Shown here: one piece after another, positions 1 to 8,840 of the stretch
Position numbering within the stretch: position 1 is the first letter of the stretch
How the letters are laid out: the number at the start of each line of letters is the position of its first letter
DNA from: a virus
Taxonomy: Duplodnaviria; Heunggongvirae; Uroviricota; Caudoviricetes
IMG/VR virus record: IMGVR_UViG_2718217713_000004
Location: 1 to 33,279 of that record
Length of the DNA: 33,279 bases
Direction: 5' to 3' (one strand)
Made by a program: the position numbers and the translations under genes
Notes under the pieces: model-generated
The model's input: the letters and a program-made list of their open reading frames with translations, nothing else
The model's database searches: none
Told to the model about the DNA's origin: nothing

Positions 1-903
1 TTATGAAAGCATAGACCGTTTACCCTCCCTGGGTACGACGGAACAGGGGTCCTGATGGATAATTACATCCGATCCCGGAAAACGCCGTAAAATAGCCTGC
101 TCTACCTGATCCGCCACCATATGTGCCTGAACCAAAGGCAGAGAGTCTTCCATTTCCAAATGAATCTGAATAAAGCGGGTCGGCCCTGACTGCCGCGTGC
201 GAAGATCGTGAGCGCCGCTAACACCCGGCCAGGAAGTCACGATATCAATAATTTCTTGCCGTTCCTCATCAGGCAATGCGCGATCCAGTAATGACTGTAC
301 CGCCTCATATCCCATGCGTAACGCGCTATATAAAATATAGATGCCGATTCCCAATGCAAACAGAGCATCGGCGCGATGCCAGCCGTACCAGGACAACCCC
401 AGCGCCAGCAGAATTGCGCCGTTCATCATAACATCAGACTGGTAATGTAGCATATCAGCCCGCACCGCCTGGCTTTGCGTCCGGCGCACCACCCAACGCT
501 GAAACGAGACAAGGATAATCGTACAAATTAGCGCCACAATTGTCACGATAACCCCGACGCCTGGATCTGTCATCGGTGTTGGAGATATCAGATGTTGAAT
601 ACCCGTCAAAAACAGGAATAGTGCTGAACCGGAGATAAACATACTTTGCGCCAGCGCCGCGAGGGACTCAGCTTTACCGTGACCAAACGAGTGATTATCG
701 TCGGCAGGTTGCAGGGAATATCGCACCACCAGTAAATTCGTCAACGACGCGCCGATATCCACCAGCGAATCCACCAGCGCGGCGAGAATACTCACCGACC
801 CGGTATACCACCATGCAAAAATTTTAATCAGCAATAGCAGCGAAGCCATCGCCGTCGCAGCAATCGCCGCCCGACTGACCAGCCGTCCATAAGATTGATT
901 CAT
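1..903 (-). CDS. fieF: Cation-diffusion-facilitator family Fe(II)/Zn(II) efflux transporter FieF (YiiP), complete, host gene
   Basis: Translation from [36 protein letters not shown] ... to ... [16 protein letters not shown] is 300 aa and matches E. coli FieF as I remember it; the ORF track's upstream MIAGVF extension rejected in favour of ATG at 903. Confidence 0.9.
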
Positions 904-984
904 AAATACTCCCGCTATCAACTGACGCTAGTATAACGGAAGCAAATCATCTGCAATGCATTAAGCAGCAGGCAAATTGAGGAT

Positions 985-1011
985 AAAAAAAACCCCCACA
1001 TCATGTGGGGG
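985..1011 (-). terminator. Rho-independent terminator acting on minus-strand transcripts (GC stem cccccaca/tgtggggg 993..1011, followed on the minus strand by a T8 run 985..992)
   Basis: Perfect 8-bp GC-rich stem with 3-nt loop and T-tract, read directly from the sequence; lies in the host/prophage junction upstream of fieF. Confidence 0.6.
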
Positions 1012-1020
1012 AAGACAGGG

Positions 1021-1100
1021 ATGGTGTCACAAAAAAGCACCTAACCTGATGATATAAATGGATTTATATCAAGCACTGTCCACATAGCGTCCACATCGAC
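1021..1100. other. Prophage attachment region on the ogr side (phage arm plus probable core): two direct repeats matching the P2 Int arm-type site TGTGGACA on the minus strand (1077..1084 and 1088..1095) and a 20-bp palindrome gatataaat-gg-atttatatc (1051..1070)
   Basis: Repeats and palindrome read directly; position between ogr and host fieF matches where P2 places attP next to ogr; arm consensus recalled from P2 Int literature. Confidence 0.5.
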
Positions 1101-1136
1101 CATAAATAAAGCCCCTTAACTGAGGGGCTATTTTTG
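1101..1136. terminator. Bidirectional hairpin terminator immediately downstream of ogr (stem agcccct/aggggct 1110..1129, T-rich runs on both sides)
   Basis: Perfect 7-bp stem with 6-nt loop followed by ATTTTTG on the plus strand and TTATTTATG on the minus strand. Confidence 0.6.
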
Positions 1137-1139
1137 TGA

Positions 1140-1358
1140 TCACATCCACATAATTTGCTGCCCTGACGGCAACGGGTGCGGTCTTACAGCGTGGACTTCT
1201 CCCGGCTTCACGATGTATCGCTGTACCGACTCATAAGTGATGAACGTGGCGCTGCAATTCACGTTCTGGCACTGGTGATAACGCTCTTTTGTCGTGTCAG
1301 TGATATAGCGGCTTGTACGCGCATGTGCGGCATGCTGGCATAAAGGACAATGAAACAT
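1140..1358 (-). CDS. ogr: Late-gene transcriptional activator Ogr (zinc-finger, 72 aa)
   Basis: MFHCPLCQHAAHARTSRYITDTTKERYHQCQNVNCSATFITYESVQRYIVKPGEVHAVRPHPLPSGQQIMWM with four-Cys zinc finger; start placed at the internal ATG (1358), not the upstream ORF-track start at 1421. Confidence 0.9.
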   Translation of the reverse strand: MFHCPLCQHAAHARTSRYITDTTKERYHQCQNVNCSATFITYESVQRYIVKPGEVHAVRPHPLPSGQQIMWM

Positions 1359-1439
1359 CGCGAGCACCTCTTCCGGTTTTGTTGATGGTGCCATTTTAGT
1401 TAATTTATCCTTATAAAACAAACAGATAAAATAAAAACA

Positions 1440-2603
1440 TCACTCATCACCTTCTGTTTCGTACTCCACATCAGAAAGCCTGACCTCAAGCTCCAAGGAC
1501 GTCGTGAAGCCGCTATTATTCAGAAAATGTGTCACCTTAGTGATTGTCCAGTCCTGCTCGTCTATGACGCGCTTAAAGCCTGACACTTTAACCGGTGTTT
1601 CCGTGTAAATATCAGCACGACCGGTAGCCAGACTGATGGAGAACTCCGCAACGCCCCGTTGCAGCTTATCCCACTTCGCCTGAGCGGCGCGCATGGCCTG
1701 CGCTTTCGTGGCATATACCGTGGTCAGGGCAAAAACGTTGTCAGCCTCACCGGCCATGTATTCACCTTCACGCGCTTCCGGTACTTTAGGCGCTTTCTTC
1801 TGCCTGACCGGTTTCGCTTTCGGGTGCTCCAGTGCGCGCAGGTGTTTCTCTTTCTTTTTGCGTTTCAGTTTTACCTTCTGCTTTTGCGGCTTCGGGTCTT
1901 TGGTGTGAAGCCACTTTGCCGTTACGCCGGTATAGGCTCCACGGTCAGCAATCGCAAAATGGTGGCGGTCGCCGTCGCTGCGGGTTATGGTGACCTGCGG
2001 GATTTTTTTACCGCTGGCCGTCACCCCCTGCCCCGCTTTGAGAAACAACAGTTTTCCCATTTTTACCGAGACCTCACCGCCGTTGCGTTCTGCAAGACGG
2101 GTCAGGAATTTCGCATCAGACTCCTGCGACTGGTCGATGTGCGGAATTTTAATTCCGGCCAGTGACGGAGCGACACTGGCTTCCAGCCTGTTACGGGAGG
2201 CTATCGCCTCAACAATCGCACCGAGCGTGGTGTCATGCCATGAGCCTTCCCGGCGGGAATTGAGCGTCCCGCGAAAATCTGCACTCCGGGCGCGGATGGT
2301 AACCACATCCGGCGCGCCCCGGTGTTCAACCTCATCAACGGTGAATTTCCCTTTGCATACCAGGGCAAAACCTTTCCAGCCGATATACACCGTCAGGACA
2401 GCGCCACGAACCGGCAGCCCGACCTGCCCGTCGGCATCGTTCAGTTCAATATCAAGCTGGTCAGCCTCAAAGCCCCGGTTATCCGTCAGGGTCATGCTCA
2501 TCAGACGGTCGCTGATATTGCCGGTAATATCCCTGCTGTCGAGCATCAGCATATAATCCGGCGTCAGTGTACTGCCTGCATCAAATGTCAGCGCATCCAG
2601 CAT
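1440..2603 (-). CDS. D: Tail protein gpD (387 aa)
   Basis: Length and sequence match P2 gpD; lysine-rich KPQKQKVKLKRKKKEK central region; position between ogr and U. Confidence 0.9.
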   Translation of the reverse strand: MLDALTFDAGSTLTPDYMLMLDSRDITGNISDRLMSMTLTDNRGFEADQLDIELNDADGQVGLPVRGAVLTVYIGWKGFALVCKGKFTVDEVEHRGAPDVVTIRARSADFRGTLNSRREGSWHDTTLGAIVEAIASRNRLEASVAPSLAGIKIPHIDQSQESDAKFLTRLAERNGGEVSVKMGKLLFLKAGQGVTASGKKIPQVTITRSDGDRHHFAIADRGAYTGVTAKWLHTKDPKPQKQKVKLKRKKKEKHLRALEHPKAKPVRQKKAPKVPEAREGEYMAGEADNVFALTTVYATKAQAMRAAQAKWDKLQRGVAEFSISLATGRADIYTETPVKVSGFKRVIDEQDWTITKVTHFLNNSGFTTSLELEVRLSDVEYETEGDE

Positions 2604-3082
2604 TATCCCGCCCCCGTCATACCCGTGAATCTGGTCGCCATACTGCCAGCCTTACCGATGAGCGATTCCGCCTGTTTACCGATATCGCCATAAAGCGCGG
2701 CCAGTGATTCATCAACGCGGGTGAGTGACAGCGTAAAATCAATTTTCCGGGGTGTGCCGTCTGCAAAGAAAATACTCCCTGTTTCACTCACCCTGCTGAT
2801 GACATACATGCCGTAAATCATGCCGGTGCCATCCAGCAACGGCCACGCCCGTCCCTCCTCTGCCATCAGCCTGAGCGTGGTCATCGTCAGCTTGCCGCCG
2901 GTCAGTTCGGGATAAAGCACACCGGCCAGCGTCATGTTTTCCTCACCCACACCGAGAAACTGGTAGGCATCCCGTTTACCGATACGGGAATTTGACGGCC
3001 AGCGATAATCTGATTCACGCTGCATGGTCTGGTGTGGCAGCGTCTGGCGCATAAAAACAAACATACCTAACGCGAGCATCAT
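2603..3082 (-). CDS. U: Tail protein gpU (159 aa)
   Basis: Length, position and sequence match P2 gpU; 1-nt stop/start overlap with D. Confidence 0.9.
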   Translation of the reverse strand: MMLALGMFVFMRQTLPHQTMQRESDYRWPSNSRIGKRDAYQFLGVGEENMTLAGVLYPELTGGKLTMTTLRLMAEEGRAWPLLDGTGMIYGMYVISRVSETGSIFFADGTPRKIDFTLSLTRVDESLAALYGDIGKQAESLIGKAGSMATRFTGMTGAG

Positions 3083-3096
3083 TTTTCGTCACCTCC

Positions 3097-5544
3097 TTAA
3101 CCGTCATGCATCATGCTGGCACGGGCGCGCGCACGTTTATCCCGCTCGTATTTTTCGAGCGCATCCTGTAACTGGCGGTCGAGCTGAGTCCCCGGCGCAG
3201 TACCGCCCGTCAGACTGATGTGATATTCGTTTTTACTCTGGTCCACATAAGAGCGGCCAGCCGGTGCCGTGACCGGCTGATAAGCCTGATAGCCTGCATA
3301 AGAGCTGGTCGCCGGAATATAACCACCGGTGCCATACGTGGCGGCATGAGTCCTTGCTGCGGTCTGGTCAAGTGTGTCTGACTCTTTGTTGATAACACCG
3401 AGTTTTTCCAGTACCCAGTCAATACCGCTGCGCAGTTTGTTGAACGCATTAAGCGGCAGCATCAGCGCGTCAGCCAGTGCCTGCCCGAACATGACCCCCG
3501 TGTCACGGCAACGGTTTAGGGTGTCCTGGGTGGCTTTGACCGGGGCAATCAGGTTTTTAAACCACTGCCACGCGGCCTGTAACTTTTCGCCCAGCCAGTC
3601 AAACACCGGCTTAAGTGGCGTGAACAGTTCCCCCACCGGCGCAAATGCCGCTTTCAGCCCTTCCACCACACCGCCAAAGAATGCGCTGACAGGCTCCCAG
3701 TATTTACGGATAAGCAACGCCCCGGCGACAATGGCGGCCACCACAGCCACAACCGGCCAGCTAATTGCCCCGATGGCCGTCATAACAGCACTGCCTATCG
3801 TCGTGAAGATTGCCCCCATTGCGCCTGCTGCCGCGATAATGGCATTGATGCCGGTGATAACCGGCCAGGCTACGAGGCCAATGGCACCGATGATGCCAGT
3901 AAGCGCCAGCGCGCCACCGACAATGAGGCCGATGGTTGACGCCAGTGATTTGTTTTTCTGGATCCAGCCGTCGAGTTTTAACACATACTTTGTGGCCGTC
4001 TGAGTGAGCTTACGCAGTGCGCCTTCCTGCTGGTCAAACAGGTCTGTCCCCACCGCCTCATAAGCGGACTGAAACTCCTTAAAGTCACCGCCGAGGTTGT
4101 CCTGCATGATATTTACCAGCTCGGCAGTCTTCCCGTCTGAGGCTTTAAACGCAGCGGTCAGTTTGTCCAGCTTTCCGGTTGAGGCGGCAGTCATCAGCAC
4201 GGCGGCGGCTGAGCTGGCCTCCTCCCCGAAAATAGTTTTCATGTATTCAGCCTGCTGGGCAGTACCGAGCCGGTTTTTCTCAAAACTGGCCTGCATTTCT
4301 TTCAGAATGGTAAATATTGGCCGGGTGTTTCCCTTACTGTCTGAGGTTTTCACTCCAAGCTCTTTGAGTGCATCCCATGCTTTTCCCGTCGGTGCCTGCA
4401 GGCGGCTTAACACGGCACGGCTTCCCGTCCCCGCCATTGAGCCTGTGATTTTTGCATCATGCAGCGCCCCGACCATTGCGGCGGTTTCTTCAATGCTGAC
4501 ACCGGCATTTTTTGCCACAGGTGCGGCATAGGTCAGCGCATCGCTCATGCCGTCAAAATCGGCGGCGGTTTTGTTCATCGTCATGGAGAGAACATCCCCG
4601 ATATGAGCGACCTTATCGTTTGAAAGCTGAAAGGCGGATTTCATCCCCATCAGCAGGGCAGCGTTTTCTTCCATCGTGCGACGGTTCGCCAGCGCCATAT
4701 TCAGCGTGACCGGCGTTGCCGCCTGAATGGCATCAACATCCCCACCGGCTTTCGCAATAATAATCTGCGCACCGGCTGCATCATCTGCCGAGGCGGCGGT
4801 ATTGTCGCCGAGCTGGCGCGCCTGTTTGCGTAGTGCAGCCATTTCGGCGGAGTCTTTTGCCACTCCGAGCACGGCCTGCAATTCTGAGTTTTTCTGCGCA
4901 AACTCATAACCGGGCATCAGCAGCTTAACTCCGGCCATCGTTCCCGCCGCCGCAATCCCCACACCGGCAGCGCCCACCGAGGCCATATTTCCTGCCAGTT
5001 CCTTTCCGGCCTGATAACGCTGTTTTACTGCGTTAAGTTTTGCCTGTTGTGCACTGACACGCGCCAGTGCGTCGCGCTGACGGTTAAGCTGTGCGGTGGT
5101 TTCACTGATACGGTTTTTCAGCCCCTGCTCATCATGTGCAAGATTGCGGGTATTAATTCCCACAGCGGCCAGTTCCCGCTGCTGGCGCTTAACGGAATCC
5201 GTCAGGCGGTTATATTTCGCCTGTAAGTCCTCCGCCGCACGCTTTGCGGATTCCAGCACTTTCGCCTGAGCACGGGTCGGACGTTCAGTGTTTTTAAACT
5301 GTGTGGCAAGGGCTTCGGCCTCCTGCCGTGCCTTTTCAAGTGCATGACCAGTCACGGCGAGCTGTGCGCTGGTCTTGCGAAATCCCTCAATACGGGATGC
5401 CTGACCATTCAGCTCGCGCAGTGATTTTTGTGTTTCCCGGATATCCCCCGACAGCGACTTGCTCGCTGTGCGGATGGATTTAAACGGGCGGGATGCCTGG
5501 TCAACAGCCCTGAGCAATACCTGTAATTTTACATTGTTACTCAT
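3097..5544 (-). CDS. T: Tail tape-measure protein gpT (815 aa)
   Basis: Long coiled-coil-rich N-terminus, Ala/Gly-rich hydrophobic central segments, 815 aa as in P2 gpT; start ATG overlaps the E' stop (ATGAGTAA). Confidence 0.9.
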   Translation of the reverse strand: MSNNVKLQVLLRAVDQASRPFKSIRTASKSLSGDIRETQKSLRELNGQASRIEGFRKTSAQLAVTGHALEKARQEAEALATQFKNTERPTRAQAKVLESAKRAAEDLQAKYNRLTDSVKRQQRELAAVGINTRNLAHDEQGLKNRISETTAQLNRQRDALARVSAQQAKLNAVKQRYQAGKELAGNMASVGAAGVGIAAAGTMAGVKLLMPGYEFAQKNSELQAVLGVAKDSAEMAALRKQARQLGDNTAASADDAAGAQIIIAKAGGDVDAIQAATPVTLNMALANRRTMEENAALLMGMKSAFQLSNDKVAHIGDVLSMTMNKTAADFDGMSDALTYAAPVAKNAGVSIEETAAMVGALHDAKITGSMAGTGSRAVLSRLQAPTGKAWDALKELGVKTSDSKGNTRPIFTILKEMQASFEKNRLGTAQQAEYMKTIFGEEASSAAAVLMTAASTGKLDKLTAAFKASDGKTAELVNIMQDNLGGDFKEFQSAYEAVGTDLFDQQEGALRKLTQTATKYVLKLDGWIQKNKSLASTIGLIVGGALALTGIIGAIGLVAWPVITGINAIIAAAGAMGAIFTTIGSAVMTAIGAISWPVVAVVAAIVAGALLIRKYWEPVSAFFGGVVEGLKAAFAPVGELFTPLKPVFDWLGEKLQAAWQWFKNLIAPVKATQDTLNRCRDTGVMFGQALADALMLPLNAFNKLRSGIDWVLEKLGVINKESDTLDQTAARTHAATYGTGGYIPATSSYAGYQAYQPVTAPAGRSYVDQSKNEYHISLTGGTAPGTQLDRQLQDALEKYERDKRARARASMMHDG

Positions 5545-5964
5545 TCGTGTTCCCGCTTCGCCGGAGCGCCTTTTCGCGCCATGTGATGAGTTCGGTCAGG
5601 CTCATGGGATACAGTTCTGATGGCGGCCAGTGAAATATCACTGCCACATCCGCCATCAGGTCATCGACCGACAGATTTTTCGGAAACGTCACTGCACCGA
5701 GTTCGGCGACAAAAAACCGACCACCTTACCGGCCAGCGCCACAAGGTCAGGCAGTTCCAGTGCGGCAACTTCCTGCTCGGTCAGCATCGGTGCCGTCATG
5801 CGCGGCAACACCTTAATTAGTGCATCAACTTCAGAGTTTGCGACCGCTGCCAGACTGACACCGCGCAGCGTCCCGGCATTGGGTTTCATCAGCGTGACCT
5901 GTTCGATGACCTGCTCACCACGCTTGACCGGATTTTCCAGGGTAATGACATTTTCTTTGTTCAT
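5537..5964 (-). CDS. E+E': gpE+E' fusion produced by programmed -1 ribosomal frameshift at T-TTT-TTG (minus strand, plus coordinates 5710..5716); the E' extension ends ...ITWREKALRRSGNTNE and its stop overlaps the T start
   Basis: Slippery heptamer near the 3' end of E and an open -1 frame running to 5537 read directly from the sequence; E/E' frameshifting is established for P2 and analogous to lambda G/GT. Confidence 0.8.
5689..5964 (-). CDS. E: Tail assembly chaperone gpE (91 aa, zero-frame product)
   Basis: MNKENVITLENPVKRGEQVIEQVTLMKPNAG ... 91 aa, matching P2 gpE. Confidence 0.9.
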   Translation of the reverse strand: MNKENVITLENPVKRGEQVIEQVTLMKPNAGTLRGVSLAAVANSEVDALIKVLPRMTAPMLTEQEVAALELPDLVALAGKVVGFLSPNSVQ

Positions 5965-6020
5965 GGTTTTCTCACTTCTGAATCAGGGTTAACCGGTCAG
6001 CCTGGCTGACCGGATGAAAA

Positions 6021-6539
6021 TCACAGGCCGATATTGCGGCGGTGTTGCTCCAGCCGGTCGACGCCGTTCACCTTCTCAATCATGTTGATGGTGTCGATTT
6101 CGACCAGCTCCTTACCGTCCATCGTCAGCCGGAAATAGGTGCAGACCACGGAGATTTTCGACTCGGTGTCTTCTCCCTGTTTACCCTCACCGGTGTCGAT
6201 TTCTTTCTGACGGCCACGCATGACCACTTCGACGGCCACCGTTTCGCCGGTATCGTCGCGCTGGTAAGAGCCTGCAAAACGAATCGGCACGGCATCCACG
6301 CCGGTTGCGGCGTAAAGCTCCCAGATAACCGAATCCGGGAAGCCACCGAGCGACCACTCCATTGACAGCGCATCGTCATCAAGGCCGAGGTCTACCGGTG
6401 CGCTGCCGTTCATCCCCGCACCGCGATAGTTTTCGAGCTTACGGGTCAGTTTTGGCAGCGTGACGGACTTCGCGACGCCCTGATAGCTGTAGCCGTTCAG
6501 AAAGACGTTCATTAACTTGAGTTTGCGCGGCATTGCCAT
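6021..6539 (-). CDS. FII: Tail tube protein gpFII (172 aa)
   Basis: Length, position and sequence match P2 FII. Confidence 0.9.
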   Translation of the reverse strand: MAMPRKLKLMNVFLNGYSYQGVAKSVTLPKLTRKLENYRGAGMNGSAPVDLGLDDDALSMEWSLGGFPDSVIWELYAATGVDAVPIRFAGSYQRDDTGETVAVEVVMRGRQKEIDTGEGKQGEDTESKISVVCTYFRLTMDGKELVEIDTINMIEKVNGVDRLEQHRRNIGL

Positions 6540-6551
6540 CGGTCAGGCTCC

Positions 6552-7742
6552 TTAATTGCTGTTAACCGAGGTGACCAGATTTGCCAGGTATTTATCGGTA
6601 ATACGCTGGCGCAGGGTCAGGTTTTCGAGAGGAGGCACCGGTGTATAGTCGTAGTCGATATACAGTTTTCCGGCCTTGAGGGTTTCCGCATCGTTGGATT
6701 CTTCGCTGAACCAGCATGAGCCATCCACGATATAGCCGTTTGTTTTCAGCTCACGGAATTTGGCATTGATGCCGTCAACGATATCGCGAATCAGCGTTGC
6801 GGTGATGGGCTTGTCCACCGCCCACATGTGCGCCTCAGCCATCGTGTCGGCCAGCACCTGCGCGGTGCGGGTGTAGTTTTCAAAGAGAAACAGTGGGTCA
6901 TCAGAGCAGGTACGGTTACCCCAGAAGCGGAAACCGTCGCGGCGAATCAGCGTAGTGACGCCTGACTCATTAAGCAGGTCAGCATCAGTGCCGGGCTTCT
7001 GCAAATCCCAGAAGACGGATGCACTGATGCCGGTAACACCGTTCACCCCGACGTTGGACAGCGTTTTATGCCAGCCCTGCTCCTGGTCGATTTTAGCGCG
7101 CAGACCCAGCGCACGGGCGGTGGCATACGCGGTGGCGGTGGTACTGGTAACCGTATCCCATGCGAGGAAATCCGGCCAGATGACCATCAGCTCACGCTGG
7201 CTGAAATTCTGGCGGTAGGCTTTCACCTCGGAAATGGTTTTACAACCCCATGCGCTGATATACCCGAAGGCATTCAGTTCCTGGCATACCGATGCCAGTG
7301 CGACGGCGACCTCTTTGGTGTCCAGTCCCGGTACGCCGAGAATACGCGGTTTAACGCCGGTAACCGACTCAGCGCCCATCAGGGCTTTCAGTCCGGTGTA
7401 CTGACCGTTTTCGTCAGTGGTGCCGATGATATTGGAAACGGTCTGCGCGAGTTTCGTTTCTTCGTCGTCGCCTGTTCCGTCTTCCACGCGCACGACAACG
7501 GTGACCGGTTTTGACTGGTCACCGATTGCCTGCAACGATGCCGCCAGCGTGCCTTTTTTACCGGCCTTTGCAATCGCGCTCTGCACATTGGTGATCAGCA
7601 CCGGTTTATTGACGGGGAAGGTTTCCGCATCCGCATCGCTGGCCGTGCAGACCATGCCAACAATGGCGGTGGATACGGTGGAAATGACGCGGGTGCCGTC
7701 GTTAATCTCCAGCACCTGCACGCCGTGATGATAGTCACTCAT
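6552..7742 (-). CDS. FI: Contractile tail sheath protein gpFI (396 aa)
   Basis: Length, position and sequence match P2 FI. Confidence 0.9.
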   Translation of the reverse strand: MSDYHHGVQVLEINDGTRVISTVSTAIVGMVCTASDADAETFPVNKPVLITNVQSAIAKAGKKGTLAASLQAIGDQSKPVTVVVRVEDGTGDDEETKLAQTVSNIIGTTDENGQYTGLKALMGAESVTGVKPRILGVPGLDTKEVAVALASVCQELNAFGYISAWGCKTISEVKAYRQNFSQRELMVIWPDFLAWDTVTSTTATAYATARALGLRAKIDQEQGWHKTLSNVGVNGVTGISASVFWDLQKPGTDADLLNESGVTTLIRRDGFRFWGNRTCSDDPLFLFENYTRTAQVLADTMAEAHMWAVDKPITATLIRDIVDGINAKFRELKTNGYIVDGSCWFSEESNDAETLKAGKLYIDYDYTPVPPLENLTLRQRITDKYLANLVTSVNSN

Positions 7743-7783
7743 CCGTTTAACTCCGTGGTTAATGGGTGAGTGATATTTTCAGT

Positions 7784-7799
7784 TGTGCCGGAGATGTCA
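7784..7799 (-). promoter_or_regulatory. Candidate Ogr-responsive late promoter element upstream of FI (minus-strand TGACATCTCCGGCACA; shares TGWCA-N5-GGCACA with the element upstream of V)
   Basis: Partial dyad about 50 nt upstream of the FI start codon, nearly identical in form and spacing to the one upstream of V. Confidence 0.4.
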
Positions 7800-7801
7800 G
7801 G

Positions 7802-8395
7802 CTATTTGTCCCGGTTGGCTAAGGGATGACACAATTTATTCTTTGTCGCTGATGAGGGGAATTTTTTATAGAGCGTGGACAGGCCAATATCAAAAATCAG
7901 CGCCACACGTTGACGAGATTCCCCCGCAGCCAGCAACCGTCCGACCTGCTCCCACTCACCCGCAGTGAGTTTCGGTCGTCTGCCACCAATACGACCTTTG
8001 GCTCTGGCCGCTTCCAGTCCGGCGCGTGTCCGCTCGACAATGAGTTCTCGCTCCATTTCAGCCAGGGCACCCATCACATGAAAGAAAAAACGCCCCATCG
8101 GCGTGCTGGTATCAATAGCATCCGTCAGGCTGCGAAAATTAACGCCGCGTTCGCGCAGTTCCTCAACCAGAATGACCAGATGCCGCATACTACGCCCCAG
8201 CCTGTCCAGCTTCCAGACCACCAGTGTATCCCCCTCAGATAATGTTCTGAGCAGTTTTTTCAGTCCCGGTCGGTCGGACTTTGTGCCGCTGATTTTATCC
8301 TCAAAAATCAGCTCACATCCTGCACACTCCAGCGCATTACGCTGCAATTCCGTATTCTGGTCATTTGTTGATACGCGGACATAGCCAATAAGCAT
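7802..8395 (-). CDS. Serine recombinase, DNA invertase of the Hin/Gin/Cin/Pin family (197 aa)
   Basis: N-terminus MLIGYVRVSTNDQ with catalytic Ser in RVST, resolvase/invertase core and C-terminal HTH region (GLSTLYKKF); sits adjacent to an invertible tail-fibre segment. Confidence 0.9.
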   Translation of the reverse strand: MLIGYVRVSTNDQNTELQRNALECAGCELIFEDKISGTKSDRPGLKKLLRTLSEGDTLVVWKLDRLGRSMRHLVILVEELRERGVNFRSLTDAIDTSTPMGRFFFHVMGALAEMERELIVERTRAGLEAARAKGRIGGRRPKLTAGEWEQVGRLLAAGESRQRVALIFDIGLSTLYKKFPSSATKNKLCHPLANRDK

Positions 8396-8450
8396 GATGG
8401 ATCCCCTGAATAAAAACCAGAGATGATGCCACTTGCCCGTTATCTCTGCA

Positions 8451-8476
8451 TTTTCATAAACGTTGGTTTGGGAGAA
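8451..8476. repeat. Invertase crossover site, right copy (ttttcataaacg-tt-ggtttgggagaa), hix/gix-like 26-bp site
   Basis: Two 12-bp half-sites around a 2-bp core; half-site pattern TTnTCnnAAACC is my summary of Hin-family sites; inverted copy at 10314..10339 shares 14 identical bp. Confidence 0.7.
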
Positions 8477-8839
8477 GCGGCAAAACTTGGCGCTGCTGTA
8501 GGGGTAACGGGTAATACCGGGAGAATATTGATCCCGGCTTTAATTGGTGGGGTTGAACAAAATATCATTTTCCAGTGGGTCTCTGGATTTCTTTCCGATT
8601 CGACTGGAGTAGCAACCGTGACATTACCTATGGCATTTCCTAACGCTCTGTTTCATGCCACTGCGATTGACTCAGGTGCTTCTGCTAGCTCGTGGAATGG
8701 ATCGGCCGGCACAACGTGGGGCTTCGATATTGGTGGCTCTACCAGAACGACAGTCAAAGTTCGTGTTTTAAGAACAACTAATGGGACTTCATGGGCGGGT
8801 GCTTCAGCTGCCGGTTGTTTATTCGCAATAGGTTATTAA
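8477..8839 (+). CDS. Silent alternative tail-fibre C-terminal domain (Sv'); promoterless and startless, in frame with the fibre constant region after inversion
   Basis: Reading frame ...GLGE-AAKLGAAVGVTGNTG... is continuous through the crossover site and shares the GLGE junction with gene H; the ORF-track N-terminus (MMPLARYLCIF) is not a real start. Confidence 0.7.
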   Translation, partial: AAKLGAAVGVTGNTGRILIPALIGGVEQNIIFQWVSGFLSDSTGVATVTLPMAFPNALFHATAIDSGASASSWNGSAGTTWGFDIGGSTRTTVKVRVLRTTNGTSWAGASAAGCLFAIGY

Positions 8840-8840
8840 C

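Noticed and set aside
1359-1421. Upstream extension of the ogr ORF (MFYKDKLTKMAPSTKPEEVLA...)
   Set aside because: P2 Ogr begins MFHCPLC and is 72 aa; the extension is the ORF-track's most upstream start only.
1659-2556. Long plus-strand ORFs (168, 71, 189 and 123 aa) antisense to gene D
   Set aside because: They lie opposite a well-supported P2 gpD coding region; GC-rich DNA yields long antisense ORFs by chance and none has recognisable motifs or a ribosome-binding site.
3374-4909. Plus-strand ORFs of 209, 144, 65 and 60 aa, and a minus-strand 68-aa ORF, inside the tape-measure gene T
   Set aside because: Antisense or alternate-frame overlaps of a full-length 815-aa gpT; low-complexity Ala/Ser/Pro-rich translations typical of spurious frames.
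7068-7728. Plus-strand ORFs (148 and 103 aa) within FI, and similar internal or antisense ORFs throughout the late operon (for example 11532..12143, 13344..13868, 17177..17776, 20114..20824, 21338..21787)
   Set aside because: All overlap confidently assigned P2 structural genes on the opposite strand or in another frame; no independent support.
8423-8476. Apparent N-terminus (MMPLARYLCIF...) of the plus-strand fibre ORF
   Set aside because: This stretch is the invertase crossover site and promoter region; the silent fibre cassette has no start of its own and is expressed only after inversion fuses it to the H constant region.
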